From Macrostomum lignano (Eukaryota): a DNA stretch of 64,000 bases. This document shows, piece after piece, positions 1-11,809 of the stretch. A program made the position numbers and the translations under genes. The number at the start of each line of letters is the position of its first letter. Positions within the stretch are counted from its first letter, which is position 1. The stretch is taken from NCBI GenBank assembly GCA_002269645.1, contig NIVC01002153.1, forward strand, positions 135,595 to 199,594, written 5' to 3'. The notes beneath the pieces were generated by a model. The model made no database searches, was not told the DNA's origin, and saw only the letters and a list, made by a program, of their open reading frames with translations.

Positions 1-79
1 TTGCTGGCTTTGCTTTTGCACTTTTTCTGTTGCAGTTATTGGCCAGAGAGGCTGAATCGGCTGCGCTGTGGGAGAGAGA

Positions 80-957
80 GACTGGAAGGTAAGAGAGAGA
101 ATGGGAGACTGGAGGGGAAAGATGGAGGTGGTTATGGACTGGAGGAGGGTAAGAAGGAGAGGATTAGACGGAAGAGTAAGAGAGAGGGTAGACTGGAGGG
201 TAAGAGGGGAGACTGGAAGGTAAGAGGGGAGACTGGAAGGTAAGAGGGGAGACTGGAGGGTAAGAGGGGAGACTGGAGGGTAGGAAGGGAGACTGGAGGG
301 TAAGAGGGGAGACTGGAGGGTAACAGGGGAGACTGGAGGGTAGGAAGGGAGACTGGAGGTAAGAGGGGAGACTGGAGGGTAGGAAGGGAGACTGGAGGGT
401 AGGAAGGGAGACTGGAGGGTAAGAGGGGAGACTGGAGGGTAGGAAGGGAGACTGGAGGGTAAGAAAAGAGACTGGAGGGTAAGAGAGAGACTGGAGGGTA
501 AGAGGGGAGACTGGAGGGTAAGAGAGAGACTGGAGGGTAAGAAAAGAGCCTGGAGGGTAAGATGAGAGACTGGAGGGTAAGAGAGAGACTGGAGGGTAAG
601 AGGGGAGACTGGAGGGTAAGAGAGAGACTGGAGGGTAGGATGAGAGACTGGAGGGTAAGAGAGAGACTGGAGGGTAAGAGGGGAGACTGGAGGGTAAGAG
701 AGAGACTGGAGGGTAAGATGAGATACTGGAGGGTAAGATGAGAGACTGGAGGGTAAGAGGGGAGACTGGAGGGTAAGAGGGGAGACTGGAGGGTAAGATG
801 AGAGACTGGAGGGTAAGAGGGGAGACTGGAGGGTAAGAGAGAGACTGGAGGGTAAGAAAAGAGACTGGAGGGTAAGATGAGAGACTGGAGGGTAAGAGAG
901 AGACTGGAGGGTAAGAGGGGAGACTGGAGGGTAAGAGAGAGACTGGAGGGTAGGAGG
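80..957 (+). repeat. GA-rich minisatellite, ~20-bp unit GACTGGAGGGTAAGAGGGGA
   Basis: Direct tandem repetition; explains ORF 1..243. Confidence 0.95.
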
Positions 958-1283
958 GAAGTGCGGAAGAGTTTTAACTATTTGTAGTGAGCTTAGTGAA
1001 TAAACAGCTCTTATTATATATTTTCTACATTTAATTTTCTGTAACTTTTTTGTGACACTACTGGCAGTAGCACTTTAGACAAGCATATTAACTACAACCA
1101 TTGATCGAAATGTCACTTCACGTTAATGTCCTCTGATTAATTACCGGTCATTAACTGTAAGACAAACGGCAATTTTAATTTAAAGGGCAAACCAGACAAA
1201 CGAAGCAACAATTTATTTTTAATTTATTATGGTAAAGTCCTATCAAGTCATATTAAGCTTCATATCATTAGCTGTCTTATTTA

Positions 1284-1629
1284 TCAAACGAATTTGCATT
1301 CGGAGAAGGTGCAGTTGTTAAAGCTAAACTTCGCCGTCGCCAGATTTTCCTGATTAACGCCGGTGATTTGCATGTTTGACACCACATTGACATCCAGCTC
1401 ACTGGCCCCAGAATCGCTTGGTCCTACGTGTCCGGCCTGGTCACCTTTAACTTCTTCTTTAGTTTGCAGTGCCAATGCCGACGTCACAGCATAGCTGCTC
1501 GCTTGCAGAGATCGGTCCCGACGTTTTGTAAGGTACCTGCGTGCCGTTCGTTCAGATGTCTGGCCGGTGATGGACATAATGTCGGCCATGCTATGTCCAG
1601 CGGCCTCTAGATCCGTAATCCTGGTTACC
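1284..1629 (-). pseudogene. Terminal exon of a Crypton/DUF3504-like tyrosine recombinase (5' exons not found)
   Basis: Acceptor TATTTTCTTAG, then (R)VTRITDLEAAGHSMADIMSITGQTSERTARRYL...FSFNNCTF. This matches the YR C-terminal box pattern HxxR.T.(I)T.L..AG....IM.(I)TGH.S......Y and the FNNCT-type tail of Crypton proteins. The conserved His of TGH is Gln here. Confidence 0.6.
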
Positions 1630-2191
1630 CTAAGAAAATATGATTAATGATGATTACATTACATTACATTATTCGAGTGGCGAATTTGTTTCCAAAATAC
1701 GAGTGGCGTTTCGAAGTTTGTTTCTGTAGGGTTTCAAATTAATCTGAGACGAACTTCGCAGGTCGGAAAGAAGAGATTTTAAGAATTTCGCTGTTCAAAC
1801 TGTCACAGATTAGCAATTGTTTTATAATCCGAAATTTGGCTAATCCGATTGAGCAGCAATCAGCTCAATCAGGCTAAGCATTCAGCACCCAGCGGGAAAA
1901 TCCTTCCGGCCTTTAATTCTCAAATTGCCCATAATCTCGATAAAATCCTGCATATCTCGTTAAGTGCCGTAGGGATCAGGAAGGGATTAAGTAGGGAAAT
2001 TTGACTACTATGCTGTCAATTCAATTAGCTTCATCAGCGCGGCAGCTGAACGGTGGACAGTTATTAATTAGCGAAGTTCTTGCAATTAAATAAAATACAG
2101 AAATATTCTTTTTTCGAAGAAGCCTCCTCAATAAGGTCAATGCGCTGGGACTCTGCAGGCTTCACATTTGCCTTTCTTTAGAAAAGTTCCC

Positions 2192-2632
2192 AACTTGTGA
2201 AGCTTCGAACTTGTGAAGTTTAAAACTTGTGAAGCTTCGAATTTGTGAAGTTTAAAACTTGTGAAGCTTCGAATTTGTGAAGTTTTAAACTTGTGAAGCT
2301 TCGAACTTGTGAAGTTTAAAACTTGTGAAGCTTCGAATTTGTGAAGTTTTAAACTTGTGAAGCTTCGAACTTGTGAAGTTTAAAACTTGTGAAGCTTCGA
2401 ATTTGTGAAGTTTTAAACTTGTGAAGCTTCGAACTTGTGAAGCTTAAAACTTGTGAAGCTTCGAACTTGTGAAGTTTAAAACTTGCGAAGCTTCGAACTT
2501 GTAAAGTTTAAAACTTGCGAAGCTTCGAACTTGTAAAGTTTAAAACTTGTGAAGCTTCGAACTTGTGAAGTTTAAAACTTGTGAAGCTTCGAATTTGTGA
2601 AGTTTAAAACTTGTGAAGCTTCGAACTTGTGA
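2192..2632 (+). repeat. 16-bp minisatellite with 32-bp higher-order alternation (AACTTGTGAAGCTTCG / AACTTGTGAAGTTTAA)
   Basis: Direct tandem repetition. Confidence 0.95.
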
Positions 2633-2805
2633 AAGTGACACACGTGGAGATGTAATAAGTTTTTCTAAGAATGAAATGTAAGATGGGTATTTTCATGTCC
2701 TCAAGTGAACTTCCATGCAGCAGATGTTTACATACGCTAAGAAATAGTAAGCTTTCACTGCACTACATATAGCTCATTTCTCAGAACAATAGATTTTTTT
2801 ATCTA

Positions 2806-3779
2806 CGAGGGGTGCTCCGAAAGTCCTGAGACTTTTTGCCCTAGCAAACGAACACAGTCACTCGGAGTCTTCAAAATTGTCACACTTCTTGACGAAGTCC
2901 CCCCTTCAAGTCAACATATACTTCTTCCAACGCAGCACAAGCTTGCGAAGGCCGTCATCAAAGAAGCTTCTTGGTGTAGTCTCGAGCCACCTGTTCAGCG
3001 CACGTTTCACCAGGCTGGTGAAATGGTGACCATGGAGTGATTTTTTCATTGATCAGAAGAGGTGATAGTCGCTTGGTGCCAAATCTGGTGAATAGGCAGG
3101 GTGTGGAAGAACAGTTTGCCGACTGTGCTCACAGTGTGCCTGGCAGTGTGAGGCCTGGCATTGTCGTGCTGAAGGAGTGGCCGACTCGAAGATGGAGCAT
3201 CACGGGCCTTGACTGGGTGACCTTCTGGCCTGCGCCACTCACGTGACTGGTCCTTGGTTTCTGGATTGTAGTATGGAAGCCAGGTCTCGTCCACAGTGAT
3301 GATGCGTTGCCAGAATGCCTTGCCATGCTTCTCAACCAGAGTCAGCAGGTGGACGCCCAACAGCCGAGGCATCCATCTGGCTGACAGCTTGCACCGATGC
3401 CACAGAAGTCAGCGATCTTGCCAAGGACTCTTGGCCAGACTTGAAGCGATCCACCCACCTGTAAACAGTGGCTCATGATTCGGCATCGTCACCAAAGACA
3501 GCTTGCAGGCGGCGGGCGATTTCGGCTCTGGCTTCGTCCCTTCCTTCGAGAGGAAGAACGCGATGGCTCGTTGGGAATTTTTAGCAGTTTACATCTCGGC
3601 TGAAAAGGTAGCTTACGGAATTTAGCGTAGCTGGGCAGTCGCTGTTTCAAACTAGTTGAAAATTGATGCGAAGTACAATGGTATGTTGATGTACGAGCCT
3701 ATAAGTGTGTAAAGTTTCAAAGCAATGACATGAAGCGCCTGAATTTTATGTTAAAAAGTCTCAGAACTTTCGGAACACC
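2806..3779 (-). mobile_element. Degenerate, internally deleted mariner (DD34D-type) DNA transposon
   Basis: Left end TA|CGAGGGGTGCTCCGAAAGTCCTGAGACTTTTT; right end is its inverse, AAAAAGTCTCAGAACTTTCGGAACACC (outermost bases lost). Minus-strand fragments: HTH region (EIARRLQAVFGDDA..ATVYRWVDRFKSG), RWMPRLL, IITVDETW, LQHDNARPH, DLAPSDYHLF, with frameshifts and stops. Confidence 0.92.
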
Positions 3780-3851
3780 ATGATTTCAGAATTCCTTGAT
3801 GCAAGCCTATTATCCAAGCATTTTTCCATGCAGTGCTCCGACAGAGCCTGT

Positions 3852-3917
3852 CCAATAACAGCGGCCGAAGCTATCGGGAAAATTGCCTGCTACGAGCGTA
3901 TATAAACTGTATATAAA
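3852..3917 (+). promoter_or_regulatory. Candidate core promoter of the neuropeptide gene (CCAAT plus duplicated TATAAA)
   Basis: CCAAT at 3852; GTATATAAACT duplicated, giving TATAAA at 3901 and 3912, about 100 nt upstream of the ATG. Confidence 0.5.
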
Positions 3918-4015
3918 CTGCCCAGCAACTGACGCGGAACCGGGTCCCGCTTTGCAGACCATTGCGAAAGGAAAGTCTCATCCCCATAACCTTGAATTGA
4001 ACGGCCATAGAGAAA

Positions 4016-4339
4016 ATGGGAGTTGTTTCCAGATCTGTCCGGCTATTTCTGCTTTTAGCTTTAGTCGGCGTCTTCGCGGATGCTGCTGTCGCACCTTCGG
4101 CTGGCTCTAAACTGCTTGAGCAGTGCTGGCGACCCAATATGAGACATCGTTCACCGGCCGAGTTCAGAGACTGCGCAATCCGGATGCTGCTGAGCCACCG
4201 TCAGCGTCGCGGCAGCTTCACTTTTGTCTCTCCGCTGCTCCGCAACCTGCACCACGTGCGCCTGCAGCCTGAGCAGCCTCAGAACTACGGAACTGGCAGC
4301 AGCTCAGCCTATGGACCCAATGTGATGCGGTTCGGCTGA
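4016..4339 (+). CDS. Secreted RFamide neuropeptide precursor (NKY/sNPF-PrRP-like), 107 aa
   Basis: Hydrophobic signal peptide (LFLLLALVGVFADA), basic cleavage site RQRR, C-terminal ...YGPNVMRF-G-stop (amidation glycine); AATAAA at 4518-4523. Confidence 0.85.
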   Translation: MGVVSRSVRLFLLLALVGVFADAAVAPSAGSKLLEQCWRPNMRHRSPAEFRDCAIRMLLSHRQRRGSFTFVSPLLRNLHHVRLQPEQPQNYGTGSSSAYGPNVMRFG

Positions 4340-4595
4340 TCAAACAAGCAGCGATTGTGGGAAACATGTTTCAGAGACTAAAACTTTTTGAAACTCGACC
4401 AGAAACTGACCCCCCCCCTCAGAAACTTGTAGCCACTCTGAATGAGAATCTCAATGTGTTAAAATTTCGAGACCCACACAGCCGATGTCTCAGATCTACA
4501 TGGTTGGCTCTTGATGAAATAAATTGTTAAAGAAAAGCCTATTGCCGATTTCAATTTAACTGTTGAACTGTTAATTGATCATTTCTGTATCAATT

Positions 4596-5548
4596 CCTGT
4601 CTGTCTTAGTGTCTTTCTGTCTGTCTCAGTGTCTGTCTCAGTGTCTGTCTCAGTGTCTGTCTTAGTGTCTGTCTCAGTGTCTGTCTCAGTGTCTGTCTTA
4701 GTGTCTGTCTCAGTGTCTGTCTCTGTGTCTGTATCAGTGTCTGTATCAGTGTCTGTCTCAGTGTCTGTCTCAGTGTCTGTATCAGTGTATTTGTGTCTGC
4801 CTTAGTGTCTGTCTCAGTGTCTGTCTCAGTGTCTGTCTTAGTGTCTGTCTCAGTGTCTGTCTCTGTGTCTGTATCAGTGTCTGTCTCAGTGTCTGTCTCA
4901 GTGTCTGTCTCAGTGTATTTGTGTCTGCCTTAGTGTCTTCCTCAGTGTCTGTCTCAGTGTCTGTCTCAGTGTCTGTCTCAGTGTCTTCCTCAGTGTCTGT
5001 CTCAGTGTCTGTCTCTGTGTCTGTCTCAGTGTCTGTCTCTGTGTCTGTCTCAGTGTCTTCCTCAGTGTCTGTCTCAGTTTCTGTCTCAGTGTCTGTCTCA
5101 GTGTCTGTCTCTGTGTCTGTATCAGTGTCTGTCTCAGTGTCTTCCTCAGTGTCTGTCTCAGTTTCTGTCTCAGTGTCTGTCTCAGTGTCTGTCTCAGTGT
5201 CTGTCTTAGTGTCTGTCTCAGTGTCTGTCTCAGTGTCTGTCTCAGTGTCTGTCTCAGTGTCTGTCTCAGTGTCTGTCTTAGTGCATTTGTGTCTGCCTTA
5301 GTGTCTGTCTCAGTGTCTGTCTTAGTGTATTTGTGTCTGCCTTAGTGTCTGTCTCAGTGTCTGTCTCAGTGTCTGTCTCAGTGTCTGTCTCAGTGTCTGT
5401 CTCAGTGTCTGCCTCAGTGTCTGTCTCAGCGTCTGTCTCAGTGTCTATCTCAGTGTCTTTTTCAGTGTCTGCCTCAGTGTCTGTCTCAGTGTCTGTCTCA
5501 GTGTCTGCTTCAGTGTCTGTCTCAGTGTCTGCTTTAGTGTCTGTCTGT
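4596..5548 (+). repeat. 12-bp GTGTCTGTCTCA-type simple repeat
   Basis: Tandem repetition; source of the SVSV ORFs. Confidence 0.95.
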
Positions 5549-5990
5549 CTTCCTATCCTAGTGTGTAATTTTGAACAGCCCATGATGGCAAATAGTATTT
5601 CATCAGGCCATTTCATCAGGCCAGAACTATGTGTAGGCTATCATGACTATCTGACCTGCCTGAATGAAGCCGACAGCAGTGCAGACGCTAACCCTATGAG
5701 CAGTTGAACTTCGAACTACTCAGGCTGGTGAGCGTGTACTTCTAGTTGGGGATATTTGTTTAAACTGTAGCAATATCCTGGATAATCTTTTGTTAACTAA
5801 AGAACAAACACGACGTAAGTAAAGCGACATCAGGATGGGACCTACATCAGAATAAGAGTGCATCCTTTTCTTATCCGAGATGAATGTACTTTGTGATACT
5901 GGAGATTTTGGCATCCTTTAAACTGTTGCTGTTTTTTAGATTACCTTCAATTACGTTATATTGAAAATGAGCTTTGTACTACTCTTGAGA

Positions 5991-6590
5991 ATATCACACC
6001 TGAGAATATCACACCTGGGAATATCACACCTGAGAATATCACACCTGGGAATATCACGCCTGAGAATGTCACACCTAAGAATATCACACCTGAGAATATC
6101 ACACCTGAGAATATCTCTCCAAGAATATCACACCTGAGAATATCTCACCTGAGAATATCACACATGAGAGTATCACACCTGAGAATATCTCACCTGAGAA
6201 TATCACACCTGAGAATATCTCACCTGAGAATATCACACCTAAGAATATCACACCTGAGAATATCACACCTGAGAATATCTTACCTGAGAATATCACACCT
6301 GAGAATATCACACCTAAGAATATCACACCTGAGAATATCACACCTGAGAATATCACACCTGAGAATATTACACATGAGAGTATCACACCTGAGAATATCA
6401 CACCTGAGAATATTACACATGAGAATATCACACCTGAGAATATCACACCTGAGAATATCACACCTGAGAATATCTTACCTGAGAATATCACACCTGAGAA
6501 TATCACACCTGAGAATATCACACCTGAGAATATCACACCTGAGAATATCACACCTGAGAATATTACACATGAGAGTATCACACCTGAAAA
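5991..6590 (+). repeat. 15-bp minisatellite GAGAATATCACACCT
   Basis: Tandem repetition. Confidence 0.95.
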
Positions 6591-7052
6591 TTTACACACC
6601 AGATATTTTTACTTTTTGTGATAAAAAATATTTAACAAAACTGACGCTAGCGGTGCCGTCAGGTGTGAACTTGACTAAACAAACTGTTCAGTAACATAAT
6701 AAAAGTAACATAATTTGGTGAGGTTAATAAAATAAATTTTAGCGATAGCGAAACGCTACCACCCCAACCACAACAAGTTGGGCGCGGCCTGTCTGCTCAC
6801 TCACAGGTGCTAAAATCATTGCAATTATAAAGTAGAGCTATTTCAAACACGTTTTATTGATAATTAACTGGGCTAAATTGAGCCTAATTGCCTCGTGCAC
6901 TGAAAACCTGGCGCGGCTAATTGACGCCCCAGGAGGGCCCACCAAACTCCCCCACCCCATAAGCCCCACAAACTGCGACTTTTTCTGATTGGTCAATTAA
7001 TTAATTAATTATATAAAGTCTGACGCAATCGTGCACCTGTTTTGCAACAGCA

Positions 7053-7058
7053 TATAAA
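7053..7058 (+). promoter_or_regulatory. TATA box of lysozyme copy 1
   Basis: CATATAAA 100 nt upstream of the ATG; the same CATATAAA motif is found 82 nt upstream of copy 2 (12484). Confidence 0.5.
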
Positions 7059-7152
7059 CTGGATGCGTTGCATCAGATCTGACAGACAATTTCTACTAAT
7101 TTGACTGTAGATCGATTTCAATCAGTCCAAAAAGACGAAGTCGCTACTCGGC

Positions 7153-9096
7153 ATGTCTTGTCTCGCACGCAAGGTTCTATTGGTCTCTGCTCTGCTGAGC
7201 GCTTGTGTGGTCAACAGGTTTGCTTTTGGTAAGAGCTCGGTTCTCTTTTGTGCGTTACTCGGAGTAGCTGAAAGTGGCAACTGGAAATAAGTGCGAGTAG
7301 ATGGGGTCGAGAGGGAGAATAGAGTAGATACGAGAGTGGATTGAAAGTAGATACGAGATTCTTGAGAGTAGATACAAGTGGGTTGAGAGTAGATACGAGA
7401 GGGTTAAGAGTAGATACGAGAGGGTTAAGAGTAGATGCGAGTGGGTTGAGAGTAGATATGAGAGGGACTGTGGAGAGTAGATAAGAAAGGGAATGGTGAG
7501 ATTAGATGCGAGAGGGAATGGTGAGATTAGATGCGAGAGGGAATGGTGAGATTAGATGCGAGAGGGAATGGTGATATTAGATGCGAGAGGGAATGGTGAT
7601 ATTAGATGCGAGAGGGAATGGTGATATTAGATGCGAGAGGAATTGATGAGATAAGATGCGGGAGAGATGCGAACACAACCATCACACCCACACCCCAACT
7701 CTGCAGGCCTACCAGACCTGCCTAACAAATTTTTCGACTGCATCTGCGAGGTGGAATCGAACTGCAACCCAAGAATTGGCTGCGTTAACGACCCCGCGAC
7801 CCTGTCCTGCGGACCGTACCAGATCAAGGAGGCTTACTGGCAGGATGCTTCAGAGTTTGCCAAAGAGTCCATCGGTGGAAGTGAGTATTTGTCATATTTA
7901 GCTGTTTTGTTGGGACATTGTGCTGTCAATAAGTGATGTTCCTCTGTGGTGAGTGATGGTTCACCCCTGATGTGAGTGATGCTTCACCCCTGATGTGAGT
8001 GATGGTTCACCCCTGATGCGAGTGATGCTTCACACCTGATGTGAGTGATGCTTCACCCCTGATGCGAGTGATGCTTCACACCTTATGTGAGTGATGCTTC
8101 ACACCTGATGTGAGTGATGCTTCACACCTGATGTGAGTGATGCTTCACCCCTGATGCGAGTGATGCTTCACACCTGATGTGAGTGATGCTTCACCCCTGA
8201 TGCGAGTGATGCTTCACACCTGATGTGAGTGATGGTTCACCCCTGATGTGAGTGATGCTTCACACCTGATGTGAGTGATGCTTCACACCTGATGTGAGTG
8301 ATGCTTCACACCTGATGTGAGTGATGCTTCACACCTGATGTGAGTGATGCTTCACACCTGATGTGAGTGATGCTTCACACCTGATGTGAGTGATGCTTCA
8401 CCCCTGATGCGAGTGATGCTTCACACCTGATGTGAGTGATGCTTCACCCCTGATGCGAGTGATGCTTCACACCTGATGTGAGTGATGGTTCACCCCTGAT
8501 GTGAGTGATGCTTCACACCTGATGTGAGTGATGCTTCACACCTGATGTGAGTGATGCTTCACACCTGATGTGAGTGATGCTTCACCCCTGATGCGAGTGA
8601 TGCTTCACACCTGATGTGAGTGATGGTTCACCCCTGATGTGAGTGATGCTTCACACCTGATGTGAGTGATGGTTCACCCCTGATGTGAGTGATGCTTCAC
8701 ACCTGATGTGAGTGATGCTTCACACCTGATGTGAGTGATGCTTCACACCTGATGTGAGTGATGCTTCACACCTGCTTCGGCTCTTGACTCTTTCAGACTG
8801 GATGAACTGCATCACCGGAGCTGACAACATGAGCTGCTCAAAGAAGGTCATGCTCAACTATTTCCAAAGATACGGCAGGTACTGCACAAATGGACGGGAG
8901 CCCACGATTGAGGTGAGCATACTTTGTTTACGTAGATATTTGCTAATTGTTTGGATTATAGTTTATAGAAAACTGTAGAAATGACAAAATTGTGCCTCCA
9001 CAGGACTACGCCAGAATCCACAACGGAGGTCCGCAGGGCTGCAGACTGCAGCGCACCGTGAGCTACTGGGCCAAGGTGTCCCGCTGCCTGGGCTGA
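7153..9096 (+). CDS. Invertebrate (i-type, destabilase-like) lysozyme, copy 1, 152 aa, 4 exons
   Basis: Exons 7153-7228, 7707-7880, 8797-8912, 9004-9096 with GT-AG introns in phases 1,1,0. Signal peptide plus motifs CICEVESNC, IGC..D..TLSCGPYQIKEAYW, ARIHNGGP.GC, YWAKV..C. Confidence 0.95.
7320..7660 (+). repeat. Intronic minisatellites (~23-bp AGAGTAGATACGAG-type, then 25-bp GAGGGAATGGTGAGATTAGATGCGA)
   Basis: Tandem repetition inside lysozyme-1 intron 1. Confidence 0.9.
7948..8773 (+). repeat. 23-bp minisatellite TGATGTGAGTGATGCTTCACACC
   Basis: Fills lysozyme-1 intron 2. Confidence 0.95.
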
Positions 9097-9356
9097 AGTA
9101 TCGCGACGTGGACTTTGAGAAAATTTAAACAATTTTTATTGGCCTTGCCACTCTTGACTGCAGTCATTCTTTGCTAGTGAATAGTATGGTTTTAATTAAT
9201 TTGTTTTATTACTGCATGCAGGTGGACTACCAAATATATTCGACAGAATTACTCGTACATAGACGCCAACAATAGTGCATCAAATTTAGCTCGTATAAAG
9301 CCAATATTCGACTTGTTCTACTTTAAGTAAGCTAGAATAGACCTAGAAACTGTAGA

Positions 9357-9575
9357 CTGGCCCAGCAACTAAGGATCTGGGAGGCTGGCCCAGCAACTGA
9401 GGATCTGGGAGGCTGGTGAACCAGCAACTGAGGATCTGGGAGGCTGGTGAACCAGCGACTGAGGATCTGGGAGGCTGGTGAACCAGCGACTGAGGATCTG
9501 GGAGGCTGGTGAACCAGCAACTGAGGATCTGGGAGGCTGGTGAACCAGCGACTGAGGATCTGGGAGGCTGGCCCA
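9357..9575 (+). repeat. 28/31-bp minisatellite GGCCCAGCAACTGAGGATCTGGGAGGCT
   Basis: Tandem repetition; same family at 13565-13675 and 42338-42715. Confidence 0.93.
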
Positions 9576-9584
9576 GAAACTCCG

Positions 9585-9840
9585 AGTATATCTCCGAGGC
9601 TTCATATTTCGGACACTTCATACCTCCGACACTTCATATCTCCGACACTTCATATCTCCGACACTTCATATTTCGGACACTTCATACATGCATCTCTGAC
9701 ACTTCATATCTCCGACACTTCATACCTCCGACACTTCATAGCTCCGACACTTCATATCTCCGACACTTCATAGCTCCGACACTTCATATCTCCGACACTT
9801 CATAGCTCCGACACTTCATATCTCCGAGGCTTCATATTTC
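9585..9840 (+). repeat. 16-bp minisatellite TCCGACACTTCATATC (left part)
   Basis: Tandem repetition; resumes at 11810 after the LINE. Confidence 0.93.
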
Positions 9841-11809
9841 AACAACAACAACAACAGAGTACGCTGCCGGTTCGCAAAAGCGCAAAAGCAGCGTCAGATG
9901 GCGCACTTCGAAGCTTGGGCGCGAACAAAGGCCGCACCGCCGGCAGAGTCCGGGGCGCCGGCGTCAGCCAGCAGACAGTCGACGTAGCGCCGAGTCCTCG
10001 CCTGTCCCCGCCGGTAGGGTGCCTGCAACGTAAGTATTCATAGCAGCACCTCCTTCACCGGCTCCGGACAGTAGGCCTCGGCGCGGATGACGTGGCCTGC
10101 CAGCTGGAGTCGCCGACGGCGCAGCAGATCGCTAGGACGGGCCAGGCCGGCGCGATGATAGAGCGCCGTGTTGGTGACTCGCTCGTTGCCGATCTTGAAG
10201 GCGGCGCGCAGCAGGCCAGCGTGCGCCGCGTCGACTTGAGCCTCGAGCGAGTCTGTCAGCGTCCAGGTCTCGGCGTTGTATAACAGGACGGTTTCGATCA
10301 CCGCCTGGAACAGCGCCGCCCTCTGGCGGTCCGGTAAGGCCTCGGACTGCAGGACTGACCTTATAGAACGAAAGGCAGCCCAGGCAAGTCCTCGGCGACG
10401 CCGCAGATCCTCGCGAACGTCGGGAACCAGACCGCCGAGGTAGACGAACTGCTGACATCTTGGAAGCTCACTCGCCTGTCCGTCAGCGCCTCGGCAGAAG
10501 ATTGCAGCCTCGGCGTCGTCCGGCACGCATAGCACGACGGTCTTCTGCGTGTTGACCACCAGGCCGACGCTCGCCGCAACGGCAACCAGCCTATCCAGCT
10601 GTCGTTGGGCGCCCTCGACGGTCGAGGACAGCAGGGCGAGGTCATCGGCGTAGCCCCAAGCACGCTGAGCCGTCTCTCCGGTTGGCGTCGACCCACGCGT
10701 CGCCGCAGCAGGAAGCCGTCGTCGTTGGAAGGCAGAGCAGTCCGTAGCACCCAGTCAAGCACCAGAATAAATAGGAACGGCGCTAGCGTATCTCCCTGGA
10801 GCACCCCGGAGGATGTCTCGAAGAAATCCGATAGGCCGTCCGGTGTTGAGACAGCAGCCGTCGTGCCGTGGTACAGCGCCATGACAGCAGAAATCAGCAG
10901 CTCTGGCACGTTGTACGCACGGAGCACCTCTGGGAGCGCGTCCCTCAGGACCGAGTCGAAGGCCTTCCTGAAATCGACGAAGATCAGGATCAGGGTCAAC
11001 TGGCGGATGCGCGGCTCCTCGATGACTCGCCGAAGAGCCAGGATCTGCGTCACTGTGCCGCGATGGAGCCGGAATCCGTTCTGCTCAGGCCGCAGGTACG
11101 GGTCCAGCACAGGCTGTAGCCGCGATAGCAGCATGCGGTTGAACAGCTTCGCGGCGCAGGACTGTAGGCAGATGCCTCGATGCTCCTCGAGCTTGGTGGT
11201 GCCCGGCTTCTTTGGAATGGCGACGATGTGCGCCGTGGTCCATTCGTTTGGCGCCACCTCACCGGAAAGCACGCGGTTCATCACTCTGGCGACCTCAGTG
11301 GCCACGCAGTAGCGTAGCGTTCCAGCCGCGCGCGTTCCGCCGCCTCTGCTTGCAGCCCACGAAGGTCGCGAGCCTGCCCGGTGACTTGCGGAATCTGGTG
11401 TTGGCCGACACCATGTCCTGTCTCTCCAGGAAGTCCTCTAGCGCTCCGAGCGTTCAGGTCTCCGAGAATGACCTCCGTGTCACGTTGCGCCATCTCCTCC
11501 ACCCGCACCGAGAGTTGCTCGAAGAAGGCCTGAGCCTCATCGGAGCGGGTAGCAGGCGGCGCGTACGCGCAGAACAGGCGGGCGTTCTGGCCGCGAAGCC
11601 GGACGTCGACCCGAAGCAGCCGAGAAGACAGGGAGACGCAGCGACAGCTCTGCTGCAGCCTCGGTCCGATCAGCGCTCCAACTCCTCCACGGCCTCGCTC
11701 ATCCGCTGAGGTGTACCAGAGTGTCCAACCGGCGCCCAGGTCCTCACAGTGAAGTCCGGGGTCGGCTCTGATAGACACCTCCTGTAGTGCGATGACATCA
11801 CTGCTGATG
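9841..11809 (-). mobile_element. 5'-truncated, internally deleted RTE-like non-LTR retrotransposon
   Basis: Minus strand: APE fragment (DVIALQE...LFCAYAP...ILGDLNA), RT (GVLQGDTLAPFLF, YADD after a +1 frameshift near 10655, YLG), (TTG)n 3' tail at 9841-9855, and TSD TCATATTTC at 9832-9840 and 11810-11818. Confidence 0.95.

Noticed and set aside
5600-5940. Possible upstream Crypton exon ending HSGR|GT (5666-5656, minus), or an APE endonuclease remnant (ERVLLVGDICLN, plus)
   Set aside because: Both readings contain several stops and they are mutually exclusive; the resemblance is too weak without a profile search.
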